Below, piece after piece: positions 1 to 8,932 of a stretch of DNA of 64,000 nucleotides. Source of the DNA: a virus. Lineage: Duplodnaviria; Caudoviricetes. Every line of letters begins with the position of its first letter. Within the stretch, counting starts at the first letter, position 1. The notes beneath the pieces were generated by a model. That model was given only the letters and a program-made list of their open reading frames with translations, did not search any database and was not told the origin of the DNA. The DNA lies in IMG/VR virus record IMGVR_UViG_3300020049_008087, positions 21,183-85,182 of that record; one strand, written 5' to 3'. The translations under genes were made by a program, and so were the position numbers.

Positions 1-95
1 GCTATGTGTGCAGGATTCTGATTCCAACTCATACCATCAGGACCCCATTGCCAGTGATATGTGCCAAATCTAATGTTAAACCAAAGATTGCTCAT
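1..95 (-). CDS. Hypothetical protein, partial (runs off left edge; MSNLWFNIRFGTYHWQWGPDG...)
   Basis: ATG at 95 overlaps the stop of the upstream ORF (ATGA); frame is open to the window edge. Confidence 0.5.
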   Translation of the reverse strand, partial: MSNLWFNIRFGTYHWQWGPDGMSWNQNPAHI

Positions 96-403
96 ACATT
101 CCCCAATCCAATGCGACTGTAGCCCAACCGGCTCTTGATATCTTTACGGTCTTTATTCTTTTCTGGTTTCCAGGCTCTGGGATCAACAGTTTCTCCAGTG
201 AGTTCATAACGAAAGTCTGGATCGTATACCATATAGCCTAGTTTGTTCCATTTGATTACACCATCATCAAAGAGAAAGATACATCCACGACACATACAGA
301 AACTGGCACCAGTATCTGTCATTACATTGCCGTTGACTGTGCCCACATACTTGACCACACGACCATTGTGCATTTCTTGTAAGGCTTGGTAGTAGTCAAT
401 CAC
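92..403 (-). CDS. Hypothetical protein
   Basis: ORF track; ATGA-coupled with both neighbours. Confidence 0.6.
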   Translation of the reverse strand: MIDYYQALQEMHNGRVVKYVGTVNGNVMTDTGASFCMCRGCIFLFDDGVIKWNKLGYMVYDPDFRYELTGETVDPRAWKPEKNKDRKDIKSRLGYSRIGLGNV

Positions 404-627
404 GATTCAACTCCAAAATGTTCAGCAATAAATTGTTTAACAGTAATTGCACCCGATGCCTCAACATCACAATCATGAGTCACAAAACTCATCTCCGTAA
501 CCTCGCACATACGCATACACTCCCGTACAATCAACTCAGCAAACTTTTCTAATTTGGTCGGGATACCGTCTGGGTTGTATGTAAGCAATCCAGACTCATG
601 GGCAAGTTCTCTAATTCGTTCATTCAT
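400..627 (-). CDS. Small paralogous family A (MNERI...EKFAELIVREC...HFGVE), copy 1
   Basis: Shares three conserved blocks with six neighbours. Confidence 0.8.
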   Translation of the reverse strand: MNERIRELAHESGLLTYNPDGIPTKLEKFAELIVRECMRMCEVTEMSFVTHDCDVEASGAITVKQFIAEHFGVES

Positions 628-803
628 TCTCTATCCCTCCACATCTCTATCGCTTCTTTCAACTGAGCCATCTGATCCAGTCGAATATCGTCCATGATAC
701 CCATACCCATAAACTCTGAATTCATATTGCGTTCAGTCATCTTCCAGAGTATATCATATTGCTTCTGGAGAGTATCAATCACCACATCATAATCTTCTGT
801 CAT
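624..803 (-). CDS. Small hypothetical protein, 59 aa (MTEDYDVVIDTLQKQY...), not in ORF track
   Basis: Manual translation; ATGA overlaps at both ends fill the gap exactly. Confidence 0.6.
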   Translation of the reverse strand: MTEDYDVVIDTLQKQYDILWKMTERNMNSEFMGMGIMDDIRLDQMAQLKEAIEMWRDRE

Positions 804-1015
804 AATTTGAATGCTTTCTGGTATAGTTGCAACTCTTTACTTGGTACCCATTCTTCCATGTCCGAATTAGCAGTTGTAGAAAGGCGCAGAAACGAATAGT
901 CTGTAAAATTAAACTTACCATTGTTTCTTACTACACGAACGAAAATATCACACGGGTTACCATCCTCATCTGTGCGTGGTCCTCTGACCAAAACGAATTC
1001 TGTGTTAGGTGTCAT
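800..1015 (-). CDS. Hypothetical protein
   Basis: ORF track; start overlaps the stop of the family A gene, whose GGAG serves as RBS. Confidence 0.6.
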   Translation of the reverse strand: MTPNTEFVLVRGPRTDEDGNPCDIFVRVVRNNGKFNFTDYSFLRLSTTANSDMEEWVPSKELQLYQKAFKL

Positions 1016-1254
1016 TCTTCAACTCCAAAATGTATCCTTATATCGTTTGCACAATGCCGTGGTTCTGTCGATGGCCACTTTTGTAAATTCTCACAAACAT
1101 CAGCACATTCAGCCACAATCAACTCGGCGAACTTTTGTTCAAACATTTCATTATAATACTTTGTAGACCATTCAGTAGGGTCTTGACTGTTTTCTACTTC
1201 CCCGAAAGCATACTGTCTAGCCTCAACGGCAAGTTTTTCAATTCGTTCGTTCAT
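1012..1254 (-). CDS. Family A paralogue, copy 2
   Basis: MNERIEKLA...QKFAELIVAEC...HFGVEE; start moved to MNERI. Confidence 0.8.
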   Translation of the reverse strand: MNERIEKLAVEARQYAFGEVENSQDPTEWSTKYYNEMFEQKFAELIVAECADVCENLQKWPSTEPRHCANDIRIHFGVEE

Positions 1255-1441
1255 CTGGATCTTTCTCATAACAAGTTAAACATACAGCATCATAGCGTGG
1301 TCCCATATTAGGACTGATAGCACCACTACAATATTTACAAAGAATAAATGCGTGTGTGACTATATAACCTTTTCCCGGAGCATACAAAGGATAGAATCCT
1401 TCTTCACGCTCAGTATAGCCGATTAGTTCTTGTTCGTTCAT
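1238..1441 (-). CDS. Small putative Zn-finger protein (CKYC...CLTC)
   Basis: Two CxxC motifs; start at MNEQELIGY overlaps the upstream stop. Confidence 0.55.
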   Translation of the reverse strand: MNEQELIGYTEREEGFYPLYAPGKGYIVTHAFILCKYCSGAISPNMGPRYDAVCLTCYEKDPDERTN

Positions 1442-1536
1442 AGTCCAAGTCTTCCTAATATATTGCCCAACCACATCATTCCAACTCCAAGCATAATGGT
1501 GCCAACGATTAGTATTTTGATTTCAGTTCTATTCAT
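1438..1536 (-). CDS. 32-aa hydrophobic peptide (MNRTEIKILIVGTIMLGVGMMWLGNILGRLGL)
   Basis: Manual translation; GGAG RBS supplied by the upstream gene end; ATGA overlaps on both sides. Confidence 0.5.
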   Translation of the reverse strand: MNRTEIKILIVGTIMLGVGMMWLGNILGRLGL

Positions 1537-1745
1537 TCTTCAACTCCGAAATGTTTCAACAAAAATTCTAAATCAGGATGACCTTTATGAAAGGCAGTAT
1601 CAATACATTCCCGCACAATCAACTCGGCGAACTTTTGTTTATCGAAATACTCAGTCGTTTTCCAACGTGTATCCCTACCGTCATAGATTATGTCATCGTA
1701 AACCGAAGTGCATTCTTCGATCAATTGGTTGATTCTGTTACTCAT
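1533..1745 (-). CDS. Family A paralogue, copy 3
   Basis: MSNRI...QKFAELIVREC...HFGVEE. Confidence 0.8.
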   Translation of the reverse strand: MSNRINQLIEECTSVYDDIIYDGRDTRWKTTEYFDKQKFAELIVRECIDTAFHKGHPDLEFLLKHFGVEE

Positions 1746-1972
1746 TCTTTGACTCCAAAATGTTGTTTTAACTGTGCCATCATATTATGATAACACAAAT
1801 CTCGAGTAATGGTCCATTGATCATCGTTTTCACCATTGGATCTCTGGGACTCAATTTCATTTAGACATTCCCGAACAATCAACTCGGCAAACTTTTCTAT
1901 AATATCTTCAAAATCATCGCCATACTTATAAAACCCTGCTTGTTTAGCAAGTAGTTTAATTCGTTCGTTCAT
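1742..1972 (-). CDS. Family A paralogue, copy 4
   Basis: MNERI...EKFAELIVREC...HFGVKE. Confidence 0.8.
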   Translation of the reverse strand: MNERIKLLAKQAGFYKYGDDFEDIIEKFAELIVRECLNEIESQRSNGENDDQWTITRDLCYHNMMAQLKQHFGVKE

Positions 1973-2178
1973 CGCCATTCTCCTGATCTACGGATTTCTT
2001 CGTCAGTAAACTGTCCGCCCATACGGTCTGGATTCTCAATCCATTCACGGGTAGATTTAGTTTGGTCAATAACCATTTTAAGTTGCTGGATTTCTTTGTC
2101 TTTCATTTCCAACAATACCTTGGCCATCTCTAATCGTTCTTCAACGGGAAATGCCTCATTGTCTAAAATCTTGTTCAT
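1969..2178 (-). CDS. Hypothetical protein (coiled-coil, WIENPDRMGGQF motif)
   Basis: ORF track; ATGA-coupled. Confidence 0.6.
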   Translation of the reverse strand: MNKILDNEAFPVEERLEMAKVLLEMKDKEIQQLKMVIDQTKSTREWIENPDRMGGQFTDEEIRRSGEWR

Positions 2179-2477
2179 TCTTCAACTCCAAAATGTTCTG
2201 CGATACGGTTGACTGCTAAATCAACATAATAAACACAATCCTCTGGTGTACTTGTATAACTGGCGCCCGCAACTTCCATACATTCTTTCACAATCAGCTC
2301 GGCGAACTTTTTACAAAAGTCAGTATCAATATGTTTGTCCCCTGGAATAGTTTTTCCAGCCTCTAGCATTAGTTCAATAATTCGTTCGTTCATTCTTTGT
2401 CCTTTATGGATAACAGTAGCAGAATCGTGAATAGCATCAACTAGCATTCCGTGTTCATCTGGTGTAAGTTCGTTCAT
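2175..2477 (-). CDS. Family A paralogue, copy 5 (N-terminal extension; internal MNERI start at 2393)
   Basis: MNERII...KKFAELIVKEC...HFGVEE. Confidence 0.75.
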   Translation of the reverse strand: MNELTPDEHGMLVDAIHDSATVIHKGQRMNERIIELMLEAGKTIPGDKHIDTDFCKKFAELIVKECMEVAGASYTSTPEDCVYYVDLAVNRIAEHFGVEE

Positions 2478-2653
2478 ACTCTCCATCCTGACGGATATTT
2501 TTTAAATGGGGCATTATGTTCTCGCACCCAATCATTGTAGTCATTTACTTGTTTGCCCTGCATTTCTACAATCTTGCATCTAGATGTTGTGCCATAATGA
2601 ACAACAATTGGATACCATAGATGTTCTTCATATCTAGGAACTACTTTGAACAT
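2474..2653 (-). CDS. Small hypothetical protein, 59 aa (MFKVVPRYEEHLWYPIVV...), not in ORF track
   Basis: Manual translation; AGGAG RBS; ATGA overlap downstream. Confidence 0.55.
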   Translation of the reverse strand: MFKVVPRYEEHLWYPIVVHYGTTSRCKIVEMQGKQVNDYNDWVREHNAPFKKYPSGWRV

Positions 2654-2663
2654 TATTCAACTC

Positions 2664-2849
2664 CTAACCAAACCAAACCAATACATCTGCTCGACCGGTA
2701 AATACCATCCAAGCGGCAGTTATTCTTTTTCGTAGATTTATTCCTGGCCATGACATAGGTCTTGCCTGAGTCCATAATCCATTTTTTCCAGCGGATTGAA
2801 GTGACCAACATTTAATTTGGTCCGCAGAATATACCATAGGTGTTCTCAT
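2664..2849 (-). CDS. Hypothetical protein (WxxARP...RIxAAWxVFTGRAD type)
   Basis: ORF track; RBS supplied by the upstream family A gene end. Confidence 0.6.
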   Translation of the reverse strand: MRTPMVYSADQIKCWSLQSAGKNGLWTQARPMSWPGINLRKRITAAWMVFTGRADVLVWFG

Positions 2850-3100
2850 TCTTCAACTCCAAAATGTTTTCCTATCCGCTTAGAACAATCATCTGCCCAA
2901 GCACTATATAATCCATCGTGCATCTTTCCTCTATCAGCGCAAACTTCGGCACATTCTCGCACAATCAACTCGGCGAACTCTCCCATTACAATGCTGTTGA
3001 AAATAGCATCAAGGTCACCTACCTTGTGTCCTGTTCTTGCACATTCTTCAAAGCCTTTGGTATAACTCGCTTCAAGTAGTTTTTTGAATTCTTTGTTCAT
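2846..3100 (-). CDS. Family A paralogue, copy 6
   Basis: GEFAELIVREC...HFGVEE. Confidence 0.8.
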   Translation of the reverse strand: MNKEFKKLLEASYTKGFEECARTGHKVGDLDAIFNSIVMGEFAELIVRECAEVCADRGKMHDGLYSAWADDCSKRIGKHFGVEE

Positions 3101-3345
3101 TCTTCAACTCCGAAATGTAATATACCACCTTGTCCATTATCAAAGTGCTCCTCAATTTTCTGGGCATAATGGTCACCTTCTTTGGTACCATCCATTACAG
3201 CCTTAACACATTCAAACACAATCAACTCGGCGAACTTTTCCAAAACAGTAGAGTCCAGAGTATCTTTTGGATCGTACATATACACAGCATCCCCCCACAC
3301 GGCAATACCAGCCTGTTCAGCAAGTTCTTTAATTCGCTCGTTCAT
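3097..3345 (-). CDS. Family A paralogue, copy 7
   Basis: MNERIKELA...EKFAELIVFEC...HFGVEE. Confidence 0.8.
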   Translation of the reverse strand: MNERIKELAEQAGIAVWGDAVYMYDPKDTLDSTVLEKFAELIVFECVKAVMDGTKEGDHYAQKIEEHFDNGQGGILHFGVEE

Positions 3346-3347
3346 GA

Positions 3348-3521
3348 TCAATCCCAATCTTGTGCAGGTTCGCCCAACAAAACGTATTCTGAACCGTTTA
3401 ATTTGACTACTTGCACCTCATCCAATTCTAACTCATTTTGGTATTCTCGATTCATGCCAACCTCAACATCCAACTCCGGGTTTTGTTTGGACAGCCATTC
3501 TATCAATTCTTTAACTTTCAT
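3348..3521 (-). CDS. Small acidic protein, 57 aa (MKVKELIEWLSKQNPELDV...), not in ORF track
   Basis: Manual translation; AAGGAG RBS upstream. Confidence 0.65.
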   Translation of the reverse strand: MKVKELIEWLSKQNPELDVEVGMNREYQNELELDEVQVVKLNGSEYVLLGEPAQDWD

Positions 3522-3531
3522 CAGGCGCTCC

Positions 3532-3768
3532 TTAGCCGATTACCACAACACGTTCAAATTTGCTCATGTCGTCCATGAAACTTTTACCCTGTGCTACTGT
3601 GCGAAATTCTTTATTGAATGTTTCCAGCGGCAATGCTTTGCCGTCAAACACCTGACGGATAGTATCGCAAGTGATAAAGTCACCCTCTACAGCAGTAACA
3701 GTACCCACCATGTAGCAGTTCAAGTTGCCTGGGAAGTCAAATGATTTGATAACAGTTCCGATTTGCAT
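3532..3768 (-). CDS. Hypothetical early protein (SH3-like beta fold possible)
   Basis: First gene behind a consensus promoter; AAGGAG RBS. Confidence 0.7.
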   Translation of the reverse strand: MQIGTVIKSFDFPGNLNCYMVGTVTAVEGDFITCDTIRQVFDGKALPLETFNKEFRTVAQGKSFMDDMSKFERVVVIG

Positions 3769-3829
3769 TTAGTGCTCCTTGTTTTCTAGTGTATGTGTAC
3801 ATTATACACCCAAAGGGATTTAGTGTCAA
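3769..3829 (-). promoter_or_regulatory. Strong sigma70 early promoter cassette, copy 1
   Basis: TTGACA-17-TATAAT followed by GTACACATACACTAGAAAACAAGGAG. Confidence 0.85.
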
Positions 3830-3834
3830 CCCAT

Positions 3835-4071
3835 TTAAGTTAAGAATTTGACAACAAGACCCACTGTATAGATCAACAACAGTGTTGCATTAATGACAAT
3901 CAAGCTCCATTCACGCCACATAATAGACACGATAAGCCAAACAAAAGCCCCCAGATTCAGCAATGCCGGACCCAGGGGATACATGTTGATGCTGGTAGCC
4001 ACTGCACCTGCGATTGTTATCACAGTTGCAACCCACTTCAAGTAAACTACGATATCTTTATTCATAAACAT
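3835..4071 (-). CDS. Small multi-pass membrane protein
   Basis: Three hydrophobic segments; consensus promoter immediately upstream. Confidence 0.7.
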   Translation of the reverse strand: MFMNKDIVVYLKWVATVITIAGAVATSINMYPLGPALLNLGAFVWLIVSIMWREWSLIVINATLLLIYTVGLVVKFLT

Positions 4072-4100
4072 ATTATAGCAGAAGTGAGATTTACTGTCAA
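4072..4100 (-). promoter_or_regulatory. Sigma70 promoter overlapping the clpP stop codon
   Basis: TTGACA-17-TATAAT. Confidence 0.75.
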
Positions 4101-4693
4101 GTGGTTCGTTTTGTTACAATTCTGTCAACAAGACCATACTCCAATGCTGTTTGTGCGCTCATGAAATTGTCACGCTCCATGTCTGCTGCCAGTTGCTCAA
4201 ATGTTTTGCCTGCACTGTTATGATCAACGTAGATTTGGGTCAGATTCTTTTTCATTTCAAGAATTTCGTTCACTTGAATCAGCATGTCAGTGGCTTGACC
4301 ACGAGCACCACCGCTTGGCTGATGTATCATATGACGAGCATTGGGTAACATGAGTCGTTTGCCTTTTGAGCCAGCTTGCGCTAACAGTGAACCCATACTA
4401 CAGGCTTGACCCATTACAATAGTGCTTACATCTGGTGCCACAAACTGTAGTGCATCATAGATTGCCATACCTGCGGTAACCGAACCGCCGGGGCTGTTGA
4501 TGTACAGATTGATATCTTTGTTGGTGTCTTCGCTTTCCAGGAAGAGCAGTTGAGCTACGATGAGATTTGCCATTTGGTCACTCACTTCACCTTCAAGTAA
4601 GATAACTCGGTCACGCAGCAGGCGACTGTAGATATCAAATACTCTTTCTCCGCGACTTGAATTTTCTAAAACCATTGGAACTAATGAGGACAT
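4097..4693 (-). CDS. clpP: ATP-dependent Clp protease proteolytic subunit
   Basis: [20 protein letters not shown]; catalytic triad motifs ACSMG, MIHQP, ERDNFM. Confidence 0.97.
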   Translation of the reverse strand: MSSLVPMVLENSSRGERVFDIYSRLLRDRVILLEGEVSDQMANLIVAQLLFLESEDTNKDINLYINSPGGSVTAGMAIYDALQFVAPDVSTIVMGQACSMGSLLAQAGSKGKRLMLPNARHMIHQPSGGARGQATDMLIQVNEILEMKKNLTQIYVDHNSAGKTFEQLAADMERDNFMSAQTALEYGLVDRIVTKRTT

Positions 4694-4774
4694 AAACTAT
4701 TAACCTTTCTTGTGATAAATTTTAATGTACATGCTGATTATACACTAAATCGCAATAGGTTTCAAGTGAATTGG

Positions 4775-4854
4775 TATAAATACTTGTAGTTCGCGGGATT
4801 GGCGTCCCCAACTACTCTAATGCTTTGAAGGAGCAATCAGCATGTCTATTTATA
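4775..4854 (+). promoter_or_regulatory. Conserved structured endonuclease leader, copy A (late-type promoter, nested stems, RBS hairpin, inverted promoter motif)
   Basis: TATAAATA-CTT-GTAGTTCGCGGGATTGGCGTCCCCAACTAC-TCTAA-TGCTTTGAAGGAGCA-ATCAGC-ATG-TC-TATTTATA; aligns with copies at 9848 and 18455. Confidence 0.8.
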
Positions 4855-5660
4855 CAACAAATAATCACATTCCTTATACTTATCTTATAGGATGGACTAA
4901 ATTGAACATTTGGTATTACGGTAGGCGCACCAAAAAAGGGTGCCACCCTTCTGAATTTTGGATAACGTATTTTACTTCTTCTAATAAAGTCCATAATTTT
5001 AAGAAGGAACATGGCGAGCCAAATGTTGTTAAAATCAGGAAAACGTTTACTGGTACAGATAAAATTCATGATTGTGTGAACCATGAAGTTACCGTGCTAA
5101 GAAGAATTGATGCGGTGAAAAAAGACATGTGGTTAAATAAAGGAAATGCTGGCTCCCAATTTGATACGTCGGGTAAAGTAATCGCAAAAGAAATAGAAAG
5201 CGGAAAAATAGTAGTAATTAATCAGAATGATTTTGCACCTGGCTCCAGTCTTGTTGGTATTAACTCAGGAATTAAATTTAGAAAATGTAAGTGCCAATGG
5301 TGTGAAAAAGAGATTGCAATTAATAATATTTCAACTCACGAATTAAGCTGCGCATGTAACCCCGCAGGAGTTATGCATCAACGAACTGGAATTCCACTAC
5401 CGGAATCAATTAAAGAAAACATGAGACTCAACCATGCAGATGTGTCAGGTGCCTGTAATCCAAAAGCAAAACTATGGATATTAACATCACCTAGTGGTGA
5501 TAAAACATATATCAATGGTACGCTAAATCAAACGTTACGAGAGAAACAGTTAAGCAGAAATCATCTTATTGCCAACTTAGGACAAATTGTACAGTCTAAT
5601 TGTTCTATTAGATCAGAGTTGACCCGAAACACGTTAGGTTGGAAATTAGAATCACCGTAA
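4842..5660 (+). CDS. Free-standing GIY-YIG (Seg-like) homing endonuclease
   Basis: PYTY...WYYG...YFTSS N-terminal nuclease domain; C-terminal CxxC/His-Cys and helical DNA-binding modules; inverted relative to neighbours. Confidence 0.75.
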   Translation: MSIYTTNNHIPYTYLIGWTKLNIWYYGRRTKKGCHPSEFWITYFTSSNKVHNFKKEHGEPNVVKIRKTFTGTDKIHDCVNHEVTVLRRIDAVKKDMWLNKGNAGSQFDTSGKVIAKEIESGKIVVINQNDFAPGSSLVGINSGIKFRKCKCQWCEKEIAINNISTHELSCACNPAGVMHQRTGIPLPESIKENMRLNHADVSGACNPKAKLWILTSPSGDKTYINGTLNQTLREKQLSRNHLIANLGQIVQSNCSIRSELTRNTLGWKLESP

Positions 5661-5686
5661 TTCAGTTAAAATACAAAGGATTATGG

Positions 5687-7183
5687 TTACCGTTTTTTTC
5701 TTCCCACACCCACTGCAGCGGATTTTTCTAGGCGTTTGGGTTCTACTATGTCTGCTGCCGCGGCAGCAACAGCAGGTCCAACATCAACTGTATCCACTTC
5801 AGTTTCACCCGGTTCACTGCTAACACTGTCATCAGTCTTACCCAACTTGAAACTGAACCCGCCGCTGGTTGGATCACTTGCACTGGATTTGTTTTCTATT
5901 GATATCTCACCATCCAGTTTTGCTGGCCATTGAGTGCTAAAGGTCAGTTCGCCTGCTTTGTAGTCAGTGTACTGTTGGATAAAGTTCATTTCCAGTATCT
6001 GTAAAACTGTGGCACCGAACTCGGGTATAGCATCGTTATTGTTTATTGCATCAGCTACTGTTTTCTTGATAGCATAAATCAATTTACCACCATCAGTAGC
6101 AGTGCTCTTGGCTTTTATGTCAGCATACAATGGTTGAAATTGTTTCGGTAACGGCAACTGTTCTTTTAAACTCCTGATGCTCATCTGAACAATGTTGGGG
6201 AATTTGGAACTAAACGGTAGGAACTTTTGCCATACTTTGGGTAATGAGTTTGGATTAATCTGGTAAATAAAATCAATGGCCTTGAATGCTGATGTAATCG
6301 TAGTTGGACCAGACTTGTCAATTTCTTGACATAATTCAATGAACCTTACTGAGTCTTTAAATGCAGGGTTACGTTTCAGGTCGTTGGAAATCTTCAATCC
6401 TGACAGTGCAGGAGCAGCACCTCCTCCGGTTCCCTTACTGCTAATGTTGATAGTATGGTTAGTACCTGGATTGGTAATTACTGCAAAGCTGTCAGCCAAA
6501 TTGTTATTTGCTTTGCTGGGGAAGTTTAACATTAGATCATCTATGCTACCACCCAACCACTGTTCAAATTGTGCTCGCTTTGGAAATCGTGTTCTGTGGT
6601 ACAGTAAGGCCAACACACCCAAATACTCTCCGGCGTAGTCAACCACTGCTGCACGAATCTTGTCATTACTCTGTAATTCTTCAGGCAAAAATACTTGCTC
6701 TCCTGAAACAATATACTCGGCCAACTGAATGATTCCTTTACCGTACTCAGTGCCGGCTAATGTGGGGTTGTTGGCAATGGATGCATAGAAGTCACTGGCA
6801 GGAATATTTTTGTCTACTATGCCTATTTGGCTGGGTTTGACTACCAATGTTTCTTTACCAGCAGTGGATCCTTCTTCGCCAGCTGCCACCTGCTGTCCAC
6901 CAAACTCTTGTGTTTTTCTTAGGGTGCTCAGTGCAACTTCCTGGCCGTCTGTGGTTCTGGCCTTTAGTCCACCTTTAAACTCACCAGCATTGCGTAACTC
7001 AACAAAACGTTTGGCCTCTCTGGGATCAATTATAACTTCCTGTCCCTGAGCATCAGTAAACGGGCTTCTGCTTTGTATTTTTTTAATGAAGGTAGTAAAG
7101 CGTTCTTCGTATTTGGTAATCTCGCCGGCGCTGAGTCCAGTAGCTTCGTTTATTGTATTGAGTAGGTCTAAAATATCGCGCAT
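5687..7183 (-). CDS. Large hypothetical protein, possible PD-(D/E)xK-like nuclease domain
   Basis: LADSF...ISSK motif; TAAATA 6 nt before ATG. Confidence 0.45.
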   Translation of the reverse strand: MRDILDLLNTINEATGLSAGEITKYEERFTTFIKKIQSRSPFTDAQGQEVIIDPREAKRFVELRNAGEFKGGLKARTTDGQEVALSTLRKTQEFGGQQVAAGEEGSTAGKETLVVKPSQIGIVDKNIPASDFYASIANNPTLAGTEYGKGIIQLAEYIVSGEQVFLPEELQSNDKIRAAVVDYAGEYLGVLALLYHRTRFPKRAQFEQWLGGSIDDLMLNFPSKANNNLADSFAVITNPGTNHTINISSKGTGGGAAPALSGLKISNDLKRNPAFKDSVRFIELCQEIDKSGPTTITSAFKAIDFIYQINPNSLPKVWQKFLPFSSKFPNIVQMSIRSLKEQLPLPKQFQPLYADIKAKSTATDGGKLIYAIKKTVADAINNNDAIPEFGATVLQILEMNFIQQYTDYKAGELTFSTQWPAKLDGEISIENKSSASDPTSGGFSFKLGKTDDSVSSEPGETEVDTVDVGPAVAAAAADIVEPKRLEKSAAVGVGRKKR

Positions 7184-7203
7184 AATGAGTATTTATCTAA
7201 AAT

Positions 7204-7692
7204 TTAGCACTTGAACAAATCCTGATGCTTGAACCATTTCTTCATTGAATGTGAAGTACGCAATGATATGCCAATGTCTCTGAGTTTTAACTGTTTGTGA
7301 TAAAAGCTGGGACCATGACTCATTATCCTGTCTTTGCCCTTTTCTGCACGTTCCGCACTGAATATTTCCCACTGATATTGATGACACATCTCATGTGCCA
7401 GAGTGGTCACCATCCACTGAGTACAGTACCATTTGTCCATGAGTTTTATCTCACAATAGCTGCCTGAGGAGTATGGTATTGTTTCTCCATAGCACATGCC
7501 CCAGTATTTTCTGCATCTGCTGGACAGCTTTATATTGGGTTTGGTCAACTCATTGTCAAAAACTGCCTGATTTATCAGATCGTACACGTATTCCACTTCA
7601 GATTGGCTGGCTCTGTACGCCAATTTTCTCTGTAGAGAAATCTTGGGCAAAGGGATAGCCATAATCTCTTTTAGTGTCATTGTGTCAATCAT
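7204..7692 (-). CDS. SprT-like zinc metalloprotease domain protein
   Basis: TLAHEMCHQ (HExxH) plus HGPSF downstream. Confidence 0.8.
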   Translation of the reverse strand: MIDTMTLKEIMAIPLPKISLQRKLAYRASQSEVEYVYDLINQAVFDNELTKPNIKLSSRCRKYWGMCYGETIPYSSGSYCEIKLMDKWYCTQWMVTTLAHEMCHQYQWEIFSAERAEKGKDRIMSHGPSFYHKQLKLRDIGISLRTSHSMKKWFKHQDLFKC

Positions 7693-7763
7693 AAAGTATT
7701 TAATCCGGGGAAAAATTTGGGTAGAATTTTTAGTGCTAAATATACTATATCAAGGAGAAGGCA

Positions 7764-8177
7764 ATGTTTAATTTTTTAAAGAAACTATTTGGGGCAAAAC
7801 AATCACCACAGGATTGGCCATTTCCCACCAGCAAGACAGCACCAACCATGTCACCACAGGCACCATATAAAGTTGAACCAGCAGTCGAGGTTACTACCAA
7901 AATTGATGGTATCGGGCATGAATCTATTACGGCTGAACCTGAAGTAACCAGCAAACTTGATGTCAACAAAGACGGAAAAGTTAATCTGGAAGATGTTAAC
8001 GCTATCGTGCAACAAGTATCCAAAAAGATAGTGAAAACTGTCAAGGAAAAAGCTGATGTTAACAAGGACGGCAAAGTTAATGCTGCTGATGCCAAAGCAG
8101 TGGTCAAGAAAGTGGCTGACAAAGCCAAAACTATTTCCAAAAAGACTGCTCCTAAAAAAGCAGCTCCTAAGAAATAA
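7764..8177 (+). CDS. Protein with two DxNxDG Ca-binding (EF-hand/dockerin-like) loops and a Lys/Ala-rich tail
   Basis: DVNKDGKVNLED and DVNKDGKVNAAD; AAGGAG RBS; terminator downstream. Confidence 0.7.
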   Translation: MFNFLKKLFGAKQSPQDWPFPTSKTAPTMSPQAPYKVEPAVEVTTKIDGIGHESITAEPEVTSKLDVNKDGKVNLEDVNAIVQQVSKKIVKTVKEKADVNKDGKVNAADAKAVVKKVADKAKTISKKTAPKKAAPKK

Positions 8178-8192
8178 CACTGTGTTGAGTAC

Positions 8193-8218
8193 AAAAGGGG
8201 CTTAGGCCCCTTTTTTTT
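8193..8218. terminator. Intrinsic terminator (probably bidirectional)
   Basis: AAAAGGGGC-TTAG-GCCCCTTTTTTTT. Confidence 0.85.
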
Positions 8219-8236
8219 ACCGCACATAAATACTTA

Positions 8237-8932
8237 ATGAACTTAAGTTTTGATTTAATCAGTGACCTCAACCTAACGCCCGGTGACAAGTTTGTTTGGG
8301 AAGGCAAAGTAACCAGCTTATTTTGCGTGATTCCAGGTAATATAAGCAGCGACTTGGCCATAGTGAAAAAGACACTGACCTACTTGGCCGAACTCTATCA
8401 GGGTATCTTCTACATAGATGGTGCCGCTGAACACCTGAATATCTTCCAGCGCAGTGAAAGAATAACTCAGCTTGAGAAAATCTGCAAAAATATCAACAAC
8501 ACTGTATACTTGCATGACAATGTGATAATTGTCAATGGCGTAGCTATACTGGGCATTAATGGATGGTATGGAAATTACACTAAAGCAACAGGCGCGCTGG
8601 ATAGTATACGACTGGATGCGTTTCGTCAAGAAGATTTGGTCTATTTGCATGAAAGTATCAAACGCATGCAATTGCATCCTGAAGTAAAACACATACTGAT
8701 ATTGTCAGCCAGCGTTCCCAGTAAAGAACTATACTTTGGCGAACACACTGCCATAAATGACTCAATGAGTCCTACCGTGAGTTTACTTGGTGATACTGAA
8801 AAGAAAGTGACACATTGGGCGTTTGCTGGATCCAATAAAAAAGTTGATATCACTATTAATGATATCAACTATCTTGCTAATCCTCGTACTACCACTGAGC
8901 CCTACTGGGCCAAGTGTATACCAATCAATTAG
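8237..8932 (+). CDS. Degenerate calcineurin-like metallophosphoesterase-fold protein
   Basis: Motif spacing is preserved (ISDL, PGNI, DG..EH, W.F.G, NPR) but the metal ligands are substituted. Confidence 0.6.
   Translation: MNLSFDLISDLNLTPGDKFVWEGKVTSLFCVIPGNISSDLAIVKKTLTYLAELYQGIFYIDGAAEHLNIFQRSERITQLEKICKNINNTVYLHDNVIIVNGVAILGINGWYGNYTKATGALDSIRLDAFRQEDLVYLHESIKRMQLHPEVKHILILSASVPSKELYFGEHTAINDSMSPTVSLLGDTEKKVTHWAFAGSNKKVDITINDINYLANPRTTTEPYWAKCIPIN

Noticed and set aside
400-3345. Regularly recurring ~20-nt repeats as a CRISPR-like array
   Set aside because: The repeats are in-frame coding blocks of paralogous ORFs with irregular spacing, and no cas genes are present.
4786-4841. Endonuclease leader as a hammerhead ribozyme (minus strand has CUGAU)
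   Set aside because: It lacks the CUGANGA and GAAA core in the required arrangement. Kept only as an unclassified structured element.
4730-4844. 10-bp inverted repeat CATGCTGATT/AATCAGCATG around leader A as transposon ends
   Set aside because: Present only at copy A, not at B or C, so probably chance.
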